From Lama guanicoe (lineage: Eukaryota), in the NCBI GenBank assembly GCA_013239625.1, contig MU053758.1, positions 1 through 64,000 of the forward strand: 64,000 nucleotides of DNA, read 5' to 3'. Positions 63,339 through 64,000 of this stretch are shown here, piece after piece (within the stretch, counting starts at the first letter, position 1; each line of letters starts with the position of its first letter). The notes beneath the pieces are model-generated. The model ran no database searches. It saw only the letters and a list, made by a program, of their open reading frames with translations, and was not told the origin of the DNA. Position numbers and translations under genes: made by a program.

Positions 63339-64000
63339 GTAAAAGGTGTTCCTTCCCACCAGCATTTAAACACACTCAGGTCTGTCTCGTCTTTAAAAAC
63401 TGAACTCAGACTTGTTCTCCATTTGGAGTCCCATTCTAGCTTCCTCTCACAGGAGAGGCCAGTGGGTTGAGTAGACTCCACAGCTAATGAGTGGTAGCTC
63501 TGGAAGTCGGCCCAAGTCTGAGCCCTTAATCATTATACTACTTAACTCAGGACGGCTGATTTTCCAGGGAGAAGGAGGCTCTGGAAGGACAAGAGGGCCT
63601 TCATGTTGAGGAATTATTTGGCCACTAAATTTAGTAGTCACTCTTCTGTGTCTTACTCAGTGTTACAGTAGCATTTGATATAGTTGACCAGTTCTTCTTT
63701 CTTGAAAAAAGTATTTTTTTTAATCTCTTGGCTTCTGTGCATTGCAGGTGAGTGTTTTTGTCTTATATCAGTGTTAATTTCTTCTCTCTTCTTTGTTGGC
63801 CTTTTCTCTTCTGCCCTTTGGGTGCCCTAAAGCTTTCTTTTCTCTATACTGTCTTCCTAGCCCTCAAATTTGAATTCTTTCCGTGTGCTGCTGTCTCCCA
63901 AATATATAGCTCCAGTCCTGACTTCTCCCTGATTGTCACACTCTTCTGTCCAGCTGACTACTTGACATCTCTGCTTAGATGTCTAATACGTATTTCAAAC

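Noticed and set aside
44841..64000. Coding exons or intronic snoRNA/miRNA in the long intron
   Set aside because: No ORF resembling ZNF652 or another protein, and no convincing C/D, H/ACA or hairpin structure found by eye; a covariance-model search would be needed to exclude them.

Overview
Mammalian genomic DNA, very probably camelid (four tRNA-derived Vic-1-type SINEs), from a gapped draft assembly with four N-runs. The left part holds the complete intron-containing prohibitin 1 gene (PHB1/PHB) on the + strand. It has a CpG-island promoter near 4.0-4.7 kb, a non-coding exon 1, six coding exons (5727-14985) and two poly(A) signals. About 28 kb of repeat-rich intergenic DNA follows, including a decayed C2H2 zinc-finger remnant. 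A second CpG island near 44.2-45.3 kb has a non-coding first exon that by synteny is most likely ZNF652, and its long first intron fills the rest of the window. The most striking observation is that PHB1 is a mosaic. Exons 2, 5 and 7 match the human protein exactly (recalled from memory). Exons 3, 4 and 6 carry a 4-nt frameshifting deletion and 15 missense changes, about half of them CpG-type transitions. An assembly chimera with a processed pseudogene is the most likely cause; gene conversion or real loss with a compensating retrogene would be the exciting alternatives. No prokaryotic systems, CRISPR arrays, rRNA or true tRNA genes were seen, and I found no clearly new biological system. Repeat family names are by-eye assignments.
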